Below, one piece after another: positions 7,670 to 16,779 of a stretch of 27,797 bases of DNA. Origin of the DNA: Nitrospirota bacterium (lineage in GTDB: Bacteria; Nitrospirota; Nitrospiria; Nitrospirales; UBA8639); assembly GCA_020348185.1 (NCBI GenBank), contig CP070743.1, forward strand, positions 1,273,879 to 1,301,675, given 5' to 3'. Every line of letters starts with the position of its first letter. Positions within the stretch are counted from its first letter, which is position 1. The notes beneath the pieces are model-generated. The model saw nothing but the letters and a program-made list of their open reading frames with translations, ran no database searches and was not told the origin of the DNA. A program made the translations under genes and the position numbers.

Positions 7670-9616
7670 ATGTTAAGCCGGACAGGTGAGTCATTTTTTT
7701 GGATAGGACGCTATATTGAACGAGCGGAATATACCGCACGCTTTACGGACGTCCACTATCACCTCTTGACCGAAATCGCCGATCAGGATGAACAGATCAA
7801 CACCTGGAAACAATATTTGGATGGAACCGGCGAATATCCATTGTTCACTAAACTATATGATGAGGTCAGCACGGCATCTGTTTTGGAATTTTTAACTATA
7901 TCCCCCTACAATCCCAATTCCTTGGTCAATCTCATTTCCGCAGCGCGAAATAACGCCCGAGGCATTCAGGATCAGATATCAAGCGAAATCTGGTATTTCC
8001 TCAATGATTTTTATCTGAGCCTCAATAAAAAGTCGGACAGGGATTTTTGGGCCGATACGCACAATTTTCTGCGTTATTTGTGCCATACCTCGTATACCCT
8101 TGATGGGGTGTTTGGCAGCACGATGACTCACGATGAGGGGTGGAATTTTTATCGCCTGGGGAAAAATGTGGAGCGGGGGAGCCGGACGGCCCGATTACTT
8201 GACCAGCCGATTCTCAGTCAACCGGCTACCGAGACCAGGGGCATTTCTGAATATCACCGATGCCTGGCCATTCTAAAGGCCGCCAGTGCGCTGGAGGCCT
8301 ATCGAAAATTTTATTCAGCCGAACTCGTTCCCCGAAAAATTGTTCAGTTCTTGCTCTTCCATAATAAATTTCCCCGGTCGGTTCGATTTACGACAACACT
8401 GAACCGGCGTTTGTTGGAACGGTTATCGAGCCCGAATCGCCGACCCGAAACCAGACAGGCAGAACGTCTGGCTGGCCAACTGGCAGCCGATCTCGAATTC
8501 GGAAGTTTAGAAGAGGTGTACAAAACGGGGCTGTCAGAATTTCTAAGCCAGGTGATTACCCAACTTGATCAGGTCACCAACAAGGTTGGGAAAGCTTTTT
8601 TCGGTGCTTCCGGGTATTCCGAGCTACCGACTCCTGAGGCTGCTCCTCTCCTTAGGCCGCTGATTCACTCGTTTGAGCCGGTTCAGCGAGTGGTCAAAGC
8701 CATTCTGTTAGCTCGCCACCAATTTCATTACAAATATACCGCCCCCATATCCCAAGTCACCACCATCGTTCGGTTGGCTCCCCCACAACATTATGGAATG
8801 CAACGGCGGCTTGATTTACGATGGCATGTGGACCCCCCGGCCGATTATCGTCATTTCACCGATGCTTTCGGCAATATGGTCTGGCAACTGGATCATCCCC
8901 ATATCGAAAAAGAAATTGCCTGCACCGTTGAAATGCGAATTGAGACCCAGGCGAAATATCAACAAGATCAGGTTTTAGCCCCTCAAGGGGTCACTCCCCA
9001 GGAATTGGATTGTGCGGTCAAGCCGACCGAACTGTCCCAATTGACGAAGCTCGTGGATAACTCGGATTCCCTCTATCAAATTGTTCGTCGGGCAAAGGGG
9101 CGAGGCTTGTCTCCTCTTGAGTTAACCACTTCATTGATGAATCAAGTCTATGCGCACATGCGCTATGAGCCAGGTGAAACACATGTGGGCACCACCGCCT
9201 CTCAAGCGTTTGCCCTGGGGGTTGGCGTGTGTCAGGATTATGCCCATATCTTCTTATCCTTGTGTCGCCAAGTGGGACTGCCGGCCCGGTATGTGTCCGG
9301 GTATCTTCCCGGTGAAGGCCAAATGCACGCATGGGTGGAAGTGTTGTTGCCCTTAGGGGCTAAAGAAATGCCCACCTGGATGGCCTTCGATCCGACGCAC
9401 CATTGCCGGTGTGATGAACGGTATATCACAGTGGCGGTCGGTCGGGACTATCAAGACGTGGCTCCCACCAGCGGACACTATTCCGGAGAGTCATCCAATC
9501 AACTCCAAACCACCGTGGCCGTTGTGGTCGAGAGTCAGGGAGTCGGTGAGTACTGGCAGAGCCCCCAATTGATGCTTCAGGAAACCAGCCCCTCCGATCA
9601 TGGCCAGGAGCAGTAA
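7670..9616 (+). CDS. Fusion of Alpha-E domain (N-terminal) with bacterial transglutaminase N-terminal and core domains (648 aa)
   Basis: MLSRTGESFFWIGRYIERAE and GKNVERGSRTAR (Alpha-E ER motifs), FPRSV; then LRL-like VRLAP/DAFGN, GVCQDYAH, HAWVEV, FDPT, VAVGRDY (Cys-His-Asp triad); ATG 1 bp after the upstream TAG. Confidence 0.9.
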   Translation: MLSRTGESFFWIGRYIERAEYTARFTDVHYHLLTEIADQDEQINTWKQYLDGTGEYPLFTKLYDEVSTASVLEFLTISPYNPNSLVNLISAARNNARGIQDQISSEIWYFLNDFYLSLNKKSDRDFWADTHNFLRYLCHTSYTLDGVFGSTMTHDEGWNFYRLGKNVERGSRTARLLDQPILSQPATETRGISEYHRCLAILKAASALEAYRKFYSAELVPRKIVQFLLFHNKFPRSVRFTTTLNRRLLERLSSPNRRPETRQAERLAGQLAADLEFGSLEEVYKTGLSEFLSQVITQLDQVTNKVGKAFFGASGYSELPTPEAAPLLRPLIHSFEPVQRVVKAILLARHQFHYKYTAPISQVTTIVRLAPPQHYGMQRRLDLRWHVDPPADYRHFTDAFGNMVWQLDHPHIEKEIACTVEMRIETQAKYQQDQVLAPQGVTPQELDCAVKPTELSQLTKLVDNSDSLYQIVRRAKGRGLSPLELTTSLMNQVYAHMRYEPGETHVGTTASQAFALGVGVCQDYAHIFLSLCRQVGLPARYVSGYLPGEGQMHAWVEVLLPLGAKEMPTWMAFDPTHHCRCDERYITVAVGRDYQDVAPTSGHYSGESSNQLQTTVAVVVESQGVGEYWQSPQLMLQETSPSDHGQEQ

Positions 9617-9711
9617 TTTCTCCCGTTCAGCTATATTCAGGATTCTAACCCTTTGCCACTGAATCGGAATAAACCTGCATGTGTTTTTTTCCGGTGGGAG
9701 AAGTGAGGTTC

Positions 9712-11094
9712 TTAGCGGCTGCTGGAATCAGCGAGAATCTGGTGTCTTGAAGGAATTTGCGTCAGGATAAGTGACCGGGCCTGATGGACTCCCGGGAGGC
9801 CGGCTCCCGTTGCATAGACAAGCCCTTTACGGCTTTTTCCTAACAACAAACGTCCTCGTTCCTGTCCTCTCATATCTGTAGCCCTGATTTCTACTGTCGG
9901 GGAGTCGAGCCCGTAACGTCCTAGAGTTGTCTCCTCCTTAGCCACCCGAAATTCGGCTGGCAAATCAACCACCCTGCTCACGAAGAGCCGGACCACATCC
10001 TGGTTGAGTATCTGGGATATGTCGTCTTCAATGACCCATTCACCGCTTTGATGAACGAGCGTATAAGACTCGGCTGGTGTTTTCACGGCAAGGATGGCTA
10101 ATTCCTGTTTCTCCATGCCGAGCAACCGTTTATCTCGTAGTTTGAAAATGTCTTTCGTTAAGCCAGCGACGATGTCAGGAGCAATGCGGTAGAGCGGATT
10201 TTCATTTTTTGTCATCGCATAGGTGTCCTGAACATCCGGCGATTGGAAAAAACTCACGGTGTGGTCGCGATTCCTCGCATGAACGGTGGCTCTGACTGTT
10301 GGTGCCCCTAGCTTTTTGAAGAGTTCTTCCTTTTCCGACTGGGAATCAACAAAGCCCTGAGCTTGTAATCCTTCTAGGTCTCTCAGTAACAGCCCCACAG
10401 TCGTGCGATCAGCGGGTCCTTTCATTGGGGAGCGAAAGCTCCAATTTGGAGAAAGACCATGAGCGCCGGGTTGGCGGATGAGGATCAACGTTTCATCCCC
10501 GCGATCGATTTGAAATTTTTCAGCTTGCGCGGTATCAAAGGACAGAATCTCTTTTTTTCTAAATGTATGGAGGGATTTGTTGGCAAAGGTGAGGGGATTC
10601 AGCGTTGTCAGAATGATGATGTTGTCCGAATGCTTGCGTGCGTACAGTGTTGAGGAAAGAGGAGCGCGATTTCCCAAGTCAATCATTTCTGATGTCCCTC
10701 CGGCCGTGATGGTGAGGATCATATGAGGTGGCGTAAGACCATATTGATCGTCGTCTTGATCTTTATCCTCCCCCTCTTGTTGGATCACGCGTTGAATCTT
10801 TCCGATCGTTAAAGCTCGAAGGATTTTTCGCACTTCACGCGAGTCCGCCGGCGCGATAATCGGCTGGGTGATGTGCCAGCGGTTCTTGTCATCTCTCATC
10901 AAAATAATTTCCTCCTCTCGGGTTTTCATGGTGAGGTGGGAAATCGCGCGATCATCAAAGGGAATCAATCGCCTCTCTTCTTGTGTCTGTTGTAAGGCTT
11001 CCTGAGACTGGGGCAGATCGACAAAATACACATACGCCCCCAGGCCACCTAGAATGAGAGCAAGAACGAGGGTTATTCGAACGGGATTGGCCAT
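9712..11094 (-). CDS. DUF4340-type periplasmic protein with N-terminal membrane anchor and about three internal repeats
   Basis: N-terminal TM helix; repeats starting RRLIPFD / RKKEILSFD / RDKRLLGME, with W...P...AD in the first two and YGL..P in the first and third; last gene of a Gld-like ABC operon. Confidence 0.75.
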   Translation of the reverse strand: MANPVRITLVLALILGGLGAYVYFVDLPQSQEALQQTQEERRLIPFDDRAISHLTMKTREEEIILMRDDKNRWHITQPIIAPADSREVRKILRALTIGKIQRVIQQEGEDKDQDDDQYGLTPPHMILTITAGGTSEMIDLGNRAPLSSTLYARKHSDNIIILTTLNPLTFANKSLHTFRKKEILSFDTAQAEKFQIDRGDETLILIRQPGAHGLSPNWSFRSPMKGPADRTTVGLLLRDLEGLQAQGFVDSQSEKEELFKKLGAPTVRATVHARNRDHTVSFFQSPDVQDTYAMTKNENPLYRIAPDIVAGLTKDIFKLRDKRLLGMEKQELAILAVKTPAESYTLVHQSGEWVIEDDISQILNQDVVRLFVSRVVDLPAEFRVAKEETTLGRYGLDSPTVEIRATDMRGQERGRLLLGKSRKGLVYATGAGLPGVHQARSLILTQIPSRHQILADSSSR

Positions 11095-11095
11095 G

Positions 11096-12625
11096 TTAAA
11101 GACGACGGCGCTTTCGCCAGACTGAGTAACCTAAAAATAAGGTAAAGCCCGGCAAAAATAGGACTTGAAAAAATAAGAGTGCCTGCTCTTGTGAAGGGTT
11201 GGGCACAAATGGGCGAAAAGCCGGTTCCTTTGGAGGGATGGAGACAAGTTGGTCTTCTTTGGCCAACCAGGCGATGGTTTTCAAGAAGAAATCGGTATTC
11301 CCTGGATAGTTCAGATAGGCGTTGCTGGCAAATGCAGAATTACCTACGATGACAATGGCTGGATCTTGATCAGGTTTTTCTGATGGCGTTTTGAGCGTTA
11401 GGGCTCCGGCAATGGTCAAGGGGCCTTCAACATCTTCTTCCGGGTTTAATTTCGGAACCGTATCTGTCAGGTTTGATTCCGCCCAACTTTCAGGTGAGGA
11501 TTCAGCAAGAGAAACAAATTCCCAATCGGGTGCTTGCTCCGGCTGAAATTCAATGTATCGGGAAACAGGGAAAAGGATCGGGACCGTGAAGTCTTCTGTA
11601 ATATCGTGAGTGGTGAAAGTACGAATGAGCAAGGCCGTCGGACTTCCCCGCCCTAAACGATCGCGCTCATCAACGACGATACCCCCTCCTAAAGCAATGC
11701 CCCATTGGGCTACGAACAGATCCAGCACCTCCGTGTTCTGAGGATCCGCAAGCAGCAGCAACCGTCCGCCGGTGTTGACAAAGCGGGTCATGCGAGTTTG
11801 CACTTCTGGGGAGATGGGGTGTTGTGGTGAGGCCAAGATGAGGACTTCCGTGTTTTCAGGCAAAGTGTCTTCCCCTGAGAGAGAGCGGGTATCAACTTGA
11901 TATCCCTGCTTCATTAACAGATCTCTAGCTCGAAAAAAGCCTGGGGGTTGTTGATCCAATACACTTCTTTCACCGTGGCCGGACAAAAAGACCAGTTGCT
12001 TTTTGCTGTCCCTGGTGACCCGGAGTAAGGCATTGGTCATTTCAGCCTCTGACGCTTGGGTCAGATAGACTTTTTGGTCTGCACTTTCCAACACGGCCGT
12101 GTCGATGCGTGTAATACCATAGGTACGGGCCAGATCCGGTTTGCGATCGGGATCAATAAATTCTACAGAAACTTTTGGAGATTCGGTGGAGTAGGTAATT
12201 AGAAGGTCCCGAAAGGCTCGAAAGGCGGGGCTGCCTTGATGAGCAAATACCTTGATGGCGACGTCACGTGGTATTTCCCGCAAAACCTGATAGGTTTGGC
12301 GGGCTAATGTAAAATATTGAGTTTCTGAATAATCCCATTGGGGAGCATGGCGGGCCGCCAGAAAATTGACAATCACCACAATTGCGGTGGCAAGAATAAA
12401 TCCGAGAATGCTGGTTGCCCCTAATCGAGTGGAACGCCGGCCAGAATAGGCTTTAAGCGATTTGAAGTGCGCAGACAAGTAGATTCCCAGGCACAGGAGT
12501 GCAAGAACTGACAGGACGGTGCCAATCCATTCAGCCCCGGGAACGAAAAGAGGTATAAGGAGACCAATGACGGCAAGGACTCCCCCTACGATACCTAGTG
12601 CGGAAAACAGGCGAGTTAATTCCAT
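11096..12625 (-). CDS. GldG-family ABC-type uncharacterised transport system auxiliary component
   Basis: 3 N-terminal TMs, WDYSETQYFTL, FIDPD, LSGHGE, LILASP, GGRLLLLADP, GNSAF..N..L, NTDFF...IAWL, C-terminal TM followed by WRKRRRL. Confidence 0.85.
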   Translation of the reverse strand: MELTRLFSALGIVGGVLAVIGLLIPLFVPGAEWIGTVLSVLALLCLGIYLSAHFKSLKAYSGRRSTRLGATSILGFILATAIVVIVNFLAARHAPQWDYSETQYFTLARQTYQVLREIPRDVAIKVFAHQGSPAFRAFRDLLITYSTESPKVSVEFIDPDRKPDLARTYGITRIDTAVLESADQKVYLTQASEAEMTNALLRVTRDSKKQLVFLSGHGERSVLDQQPPGFFRARDLLMKQGYQVDTRSLSGEDTLPENTEVLILASPQHPISPEVQTRMTRFVNTGGRLLLLADPQNTEVLDLFVAQWGIALGGGIVVDERDRLGRGSPTALLIRTFTTHDITEDFTVPILFPVSRYIEFQPEQAPDWEFVSLAESSPESWAESNLTDTVPKLNPEEDVEGPLTIAGALTLKTPSEKPDQDPAIVIVGNSAFASNAYLNYPGNTDFFLKTIAWLAKEDQLVSIPPKEPAFRPFVPNPSQEQALLFFQVLFLPGFTLFLGYSVWRKRRRL

Positions 12626-13386
12626 CGATGAGCGTCAACGACTTGATGGGCCGCAAACCACATGAGGGCCATTCCTGAAAGGTAATAGATCAGGTCTTTC
12701 ACATGGACGAGTCCACGGACTAAGCGGTCATAATGTTCAATAAAGGAGATATAGGAAAACACGTGGCCGATTGGCGTGTCGCCAAGGGTCGAGCCGAAGG
12801 CTCCTAACAACCATAATAATAAAATTACGCCAAAACTCAGAAACGCGGCAATGATTTGATTTTCCGTTAGGGCTGACGCGACGAGTCCGATCGCTAGCAT
12901 AAATGCTCCTTGAAGGAGAAGCGCGAGGTACCCCGTGAACACGGGGTGCCAATCGAAGCTCACATACGCGGATAGAACCATGGGAACTAATGCGGTGAGC
13001 GTAAGAAGAATGCAGTAAATGATAACCACGCTCAGGAATTTTGCTGTCACGATTTCATTAATACCGATAGGGGAGGTGAGAAGCAGTTCAAAGGTGCGAA
13101 GTTTCCGCTCTTCCGCGAATAGGCGCATGGTCAACAATGGCAGCACCAGCATTAAAACCAGATTGAGGTTATAAAATACTTTTCTGAAGACCAGATCGTT
13201 GATGTTGATCTGAGCAAAGGTGTCGGTCATTTGCATCATTCTCAAGGCTTGGTTGCTGGCCTCGACGACAGCCCAATAACTCAGCAACCCGAAGATTCCC
13301 AAGAACACGGCACCGACGACGTAGACGATGGGTGAGACAAAAAAGCACCGTAGCTCCTTGGCCACAAGCGTGTGAACGGGTGTCAT
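12616..13386 (-). CDS. ABC-2 type permease (GldF-like)
   Basis: KELRCFFVSP, LTMRLFAEERKLRTFELLLTSP, SALTENQIIA, GLVHVKDLIYY; about 6 TMs; overlaps the start of the GldG-like gene by 10 bp. Confidence 0.88.
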   Translation of the reverse strand: MTPVHTLVAKELRCFFVSPIVYVVGAVFLGIFGLLSYWAVVEASNQALRMMQMTDTFAQININDLVFRKVFYNLNLVLMLVLPLLTMRLFAEERKLRTFELLLTSPIGINEIVTAKFLSVVIIYCILLTLTALVPMVLSAYVSFDWHPVFTGYLALLLQGAFMLAIGLVASALTENQIIAAFLSFGVILLLWLLGAFGSTLGDTPIGHVFSYISFIEHYDRLVRGLVHVKDLIYYLSGMALMWFAAHQVVDAHRWN

Positions 13387-13604
13387 GATTGAAAACCCAT
13401 GGTCGAGAGACATATGGCGTGCCCAGTTTTTAGAAACGGGGCACCATCAAAAGTCATGATAGGTTTGCGGCGCAACATCGGTGTGCAGTGAAGAAAATAT
13501 CCAATATCCAGCAAGGAATGTCGAATCATGAAGTACGGGGAGGATTTGCCTTCGGCATTCAGTAATCCTTGTTGGATATTGTTATTAATCCTCAGGCCCC
13601 TCAT
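13383..13604 (-). CDS. Possible small ORF (73 aa) inside the ABC operon
   Basis: AGAGGG SD-like before ATG; its TGA overlaps the permease ATG (ATGA); fills the gap between ATPase and permease; no recognisable domain. Confidence 0.3.
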   Translation of the reverse strand: MRGLRINNNIQQGLLNAEGKSSPYFMIRHSLLDIGYFLHCTPMLRRKPIMTFDGAPFLKTGHAICLSTMGFQS

Positions 13605-13659
13605 AAAATGACCCTCTACTGTGCAGAGGATCGCGTCAGGATATGACTAACGACGGAAT

Positions 13660-14607
13660 TCAACTTTTATCCGTTTTGTTGGATGGCGTATTGTGCGTCA
13701 ACCGAATAAACACATCCTCTAATGACAAAGATTGTGACTTCAGTTCAAGAAGCCCGAGCCCATGCTTGACGACGAATTGTGTCAAATCTTCCTGGATATC
13801 GCTGTCAAGACTGGCCTCAACGATAAAGGTATTGGATGATGGGGCTGCGCATACTTCCTGCACCCCCGGTATGGCACGCAACTGGGGCTCCATATCCGGT
13901 AAGGATTGTTTGACTGTCAAACTCAGTTTTTGCGAATGGCGAAGTCGAGCGGATAGTTGTTCGGGGGTGTCGATGGCGGCGATGCGTCCTTGATGAATGA
14001 TAATCACTCTTTGGCATAACGCGGTCGCTTCAGAGAGAATGTGGGTACTGAGGATGATGGTATGTGTCCCAGCCAGACTCTTGATGAGATCACGTATCTC
14101 AATGATTTGATTCGGATCCAATCCCACAGTTGGTTCATCCAATATCAACACCGGCGGGTCATGCAGGATAGCTTGAGCTATTCCGACACGCTGTCGGTAT
14201 CCGCGGGAAAGATGGCCGATGACTCGATGCTGAACATCTACTAAGCCGGTCTGTTCGAGGACCCGGCATTTCCGTTGGGTGAGCAGCTCCGAACTTAGGC
14301 CCTTGAGTCGGCCGACAAATGTGAGATATTCATGAACCGTCAATTCCAAATACAGTGGGGGGCTCTCTGGTAAATAACCGATTCGTTGTTTGACTTGTAT
14401 CGGAGACTCAAAGCAGTCGTACCCGGCAATACGAAGCGTTCCTTCGGTTGGTGGCATATACCCGGTTAACAATCGCATCGTTGTGGTCTTTCCAGCACCA
14501 TTTGGACCGAGAAAGGCGACGATCTCACCTTCCTTCACCGAAAAAGAAATATCCTGAATGGCCGTAATTGGCCCATACTGTTTTGTGACGTGTTGAACTT
14601 CAATCAT
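13660..14607 (-). CDS. ABC transporter ATP-binding protein (GldA/CcmA-like)
   Basis: Walker A GPNGAGKTT, signature LSRGYRQR, Walker B ILDEPTVGLDP, STH switch; C-terminal LEDVFIRLT domain. Confidence 0.95.
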   Translation of the reverse strand: MIEVQHVTKQYGPITAIQDISFSVKEGEIVAFLGPNGAGKTTTMRLLTGYMPPTEGTLRIAGYDCFESPIQVKQRIGYLPESPPLYLELTVHEYLTFVGRLKGLSSELLTQRKCRVLEQTGLVDVQHRVIGHLSRGYRQRVGIAQAILHDPPVLILDEPTVGLDPNQIIEIRDLIKSLAGTHTIILSTHILSEATALCQRVIIIHQGRIAAIDTPEQLSARLRHSQKLSLTVKQSLPDMEPQLRAIPGVQEVCAAPSSNTFIVEASLDSDIQEDLTQFVVKHGLGLLELKSQSLSLEDVFIRLTHNTPSNKTDKS

Positions 14608-14644
14608 GTTTTACAAACATGTGTGAACTTGGGGATTTTTTGGG

Positions 14645-14728
14645 AATTTCAAGTTTCACATGAAAGCCCTAAGATTCTTCTTTCCTGAAACTCGAAACTC
14701 GGAACCAGAAACGCGATACTCAAAACCT
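14645..14728. repeat. Degenerate 7-bp tandem array (GAAACTC-like x6) with an inverted upstream copy
   Basis: GAAACTC GAAACTC GGAACCA GAAACGC GATACTC AAAACCT at 14687-14728; AATTTCAAGTTTCA at 14645-14658 is a 12/14 inverted match to 14686-14699. Confidence 0.7.
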
Positions 14729-14778
14729 GTTGGTTCATGTGAATGAACATCAGAAGAATGAAAAGGAGGGCTGACAGA

Positions 14779-14808
14779 ATCTTACCCATCCCTTCAAAAT
14801 ACCGTCAA
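14779..14808 (-). promoter_or_regulatory. Possible sigma70 promoter for the ABC operon
   Basis: Minus strand TTGACG-N18-TAAGAT. Confidence 0.35.
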
Positions 14809-14843
14809 GTCGGAGATGAGAGATTCGAAGAAAAAATGATAGA

Positions 14844-14871
14844 TTGACACCCGTTATCAATTATGTATTAT
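14844..14871 (+). promoter_or_regulatory. Likely sigma70 promoter for the Pal-like gene
   Basis: TTGACA-N16-TATTAT, divergent from the ABC operon. Confidence 0.5.
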
Positions 14872-15025
14872 GCATCTATGATGAAAAACGAAAGAAATTG
14901 ATATGAGGAGATCACGAAGGAAAAGGAAAAATGATACAAGTCGATGATAGTGACCACACAAGTATTACGGGGAGAGAGGAGTTGCAACAAACCACTTTTT
15001 GTGCCTTAAAAGAAAGGTGCGACGA

Positions 15026-15742
15026 ATGAAGAGGGGAATCCATCCCAGGGAGACAACTTCTACGCAACTATCTCGAATAAGTTATGGGCTTCTCTCACTG
15101 GTTATTTTGCTGACAATCGGATGTTCGAGCCGCCAGAATATCAACGTAAAAAGTGAGGGCCTTCCGCCTGACCAGAGACGGGGGCAAGCGATGGCAGAAC
15201 CGGAATCCCCGAAATTTATAGATAGCGAGGAAGAAGATCAGATTTCCGAATTTCCATTGCCTGGTGACCAATTGGCCGAGGACAAAACGCCACCTCCTGT
15301 CACACGAGAGTTGAAGGAGGTCTCTCCTCCACCCGATAAGAAAGTTTCCCCAATTGTCGTACCCGTTCCCTTAATAAAAGAGAAACAGGTGGATCTCTCC
15401 AATGTCCCAAGGACAGTAACTGATATATTTTTTGACTATGATCAATATAGGATCCGCCAGGATGCGATCACGGTTCTCGAAGTGAACGCCAAGGTCTTAA
15501 CTCTTAGATATCCAGACAAAAAGGTGGTGATTCAGGGGCACTGTGATGAGCGGGGGACGCGCGAGTATAATCTTATTCTTGGAGAGCGGCGGGCACTCGC
15601 TGTTAAGAATTATCTAATTGACTTAGGGGTGCCTGAGAAAAACATGCAGGTCATTAGTTATGGGAAAGAAAAGCCCTTTTGCATTGAGCATAGTAAAAAA
15701 TGCTGGCAGAAAAACCGTCGCAGCCATTTTGTCATTAATTGA
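15026..15742 (+). CDS. Pal-like peptidoglycan-associated lipoprotein (OmpA_C domain) with long acidic/Pro-rich linker
   Basis: Lipobox LTIG|C; DIFFDYD, IQGHCDERGTREYNLILGERRA, SYGKEKP, NRR; not in tol-pal context, so no symbol assigned. Confidence 0.88.
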   Translation: MKRGIHPRETTSTQLSRISYGLLSLVILLTIGCSSRQNINVKSEGLPPDQRRGQAMAEPESPKFIDSEEEDQISEFPLPGDQLAEDKTPPPVTRELKEVSPPPDKKVSPIVVPVPLIKEKQVDLSNVPRTVTDIFFDYDQYRIRQDAITVLEVNAKVLTLRYPDKKVVIQGHCDERGTREYNLILGERRALAVKNYLIDLGVPEKNMQVISYGKEKPFCIEHSKKCWQKNRRSHFVIN

Positions 15743-16020
15743 AAAACCTTGAGGAGTGTTATCCCTTCCTAATAACCTCAATTCTCTCTCACCTCCTTTA
15801 TTACCTTTATCGAATCCGTCCCGAATCAGTGCTGTCCTTACCAAGGGGGGCGTGGACTAATTTTAAAGTAAAGCTTTAATATTTGACTTTTGAGGCAATG
15901 TCCTTGATGCCCCAATGATTGACGAAGAATTTTGGTTTCAACTTGGTGTTTCAGAAGAAAATTTTCTTTACCTGGATGAATTCCGCGTTAGCTTGAAATA
16001 ATGAAGATGGAAAACCTACT

Positions 16021-16779
16021 TTAGGAGGATTTATTGTTGGCGAGGTTATACGTTTTGTGAATGTGATACAAGTCAACCCAGAGTTTAAAAATATAGGTCA
16101 TTTTGACACTAGAAACCCCTTTGTCCACCCACCGGGCGAGTGGCACTTCCAGCATTTTCTCCGTCGCGCGCTGTCGTCCATATAAGGTTACCAATCTTAA
16201 GAAAATTTCCACATCGAATAACCACTTTGAAATGAATGGATGTTCGAATAGTTGAATAGATAAATTTTTTGTGAAGAGTTTACATCCGCACTGTGTATCA
16301 AACACATTTAATTTTAATATCCGGGAAATAATAGACGCGACGATTCTTCCAATGAGCAATCGGTGTGTTTTCCGCTGAATGATTGAGCCGACCTGCTCTT
16401 GCCTCGATCCGAAACAACACTCAATAGGGTCTTTGAGATATTGAGTCATACTGACGCATTCTTGGATTGAGGTTGATAAATCGGCGTCGAGATATGCAAT
16501 AAACGAGTGGGTGTACTTGTTATTGCAAAAATGGATTCCTCTTCGTACCGCTTCAGCTTTCCCGACATTATTAGGATAGGAAACGACATCGACCTTCCCT
16601 CGATGTTGTATTTGTAATTCCTCGAGAATCTGCAGGGTATTATCGATTGAACCATCATTCACGAAACAGAGTAAGACGTGGGAGGTGTCGTGAAGAAAAG
16701 ATTGGTACTCTTCTATCGGCAATCTCATCCCTTCGTTATAACAAGGGATAACAATGCAATACTTTTCTTCTTGTTTCAT
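16021..16779 (-). CDS. GT2 glycosyltransferase (polyprenyl-phosphate glycosyltransferase / Dpm1-ALG5-like)
   Basis: IVIPCYNE, VNDGSxD, NVGKAEAVRRG, YLDADLS, FGSR, DTQCGCKLF, WLFDVE. Confidence 0.9.
   Translation of the reverse strand: MKQEEKYCIVIPCYNEGMRLPIEEYQSFLHDTSHVLLCFVNDGSIDNTLQILEELQIQHRGKVDVVSYPNNVGKAEAVRRGIHFCNNKYTHSFIAYLDADLSTSIQECVSMTQYLKDPIECCFGSRQEQVGSIIQRKTHRLLIGRIVASIISRILKLNVFDTQCGCKLFTKNLSIQLFEHPFISKWLFDVEIFLRLVTLYGRQRATEKMLEVPLARWVDKGVSSVKMTYIFKLWVDLYHIHKTYNLANNKSS

Noticed and set aside
9617-9711. Possible bidirectional terminator between the convergent operons (TTCTCCC...GGGAGAA)
   Set aside because: Arms are about 70 bp apart with no canonical short stem and U-tract; not supportable without folding or Term-seq data
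15915-16001. 28-aa ORF MIDEEFWFQLGVSEENFLYLDEFRVSLK
   Set aside because: No convincing SD, too short to evaluate, no recognisable similarity
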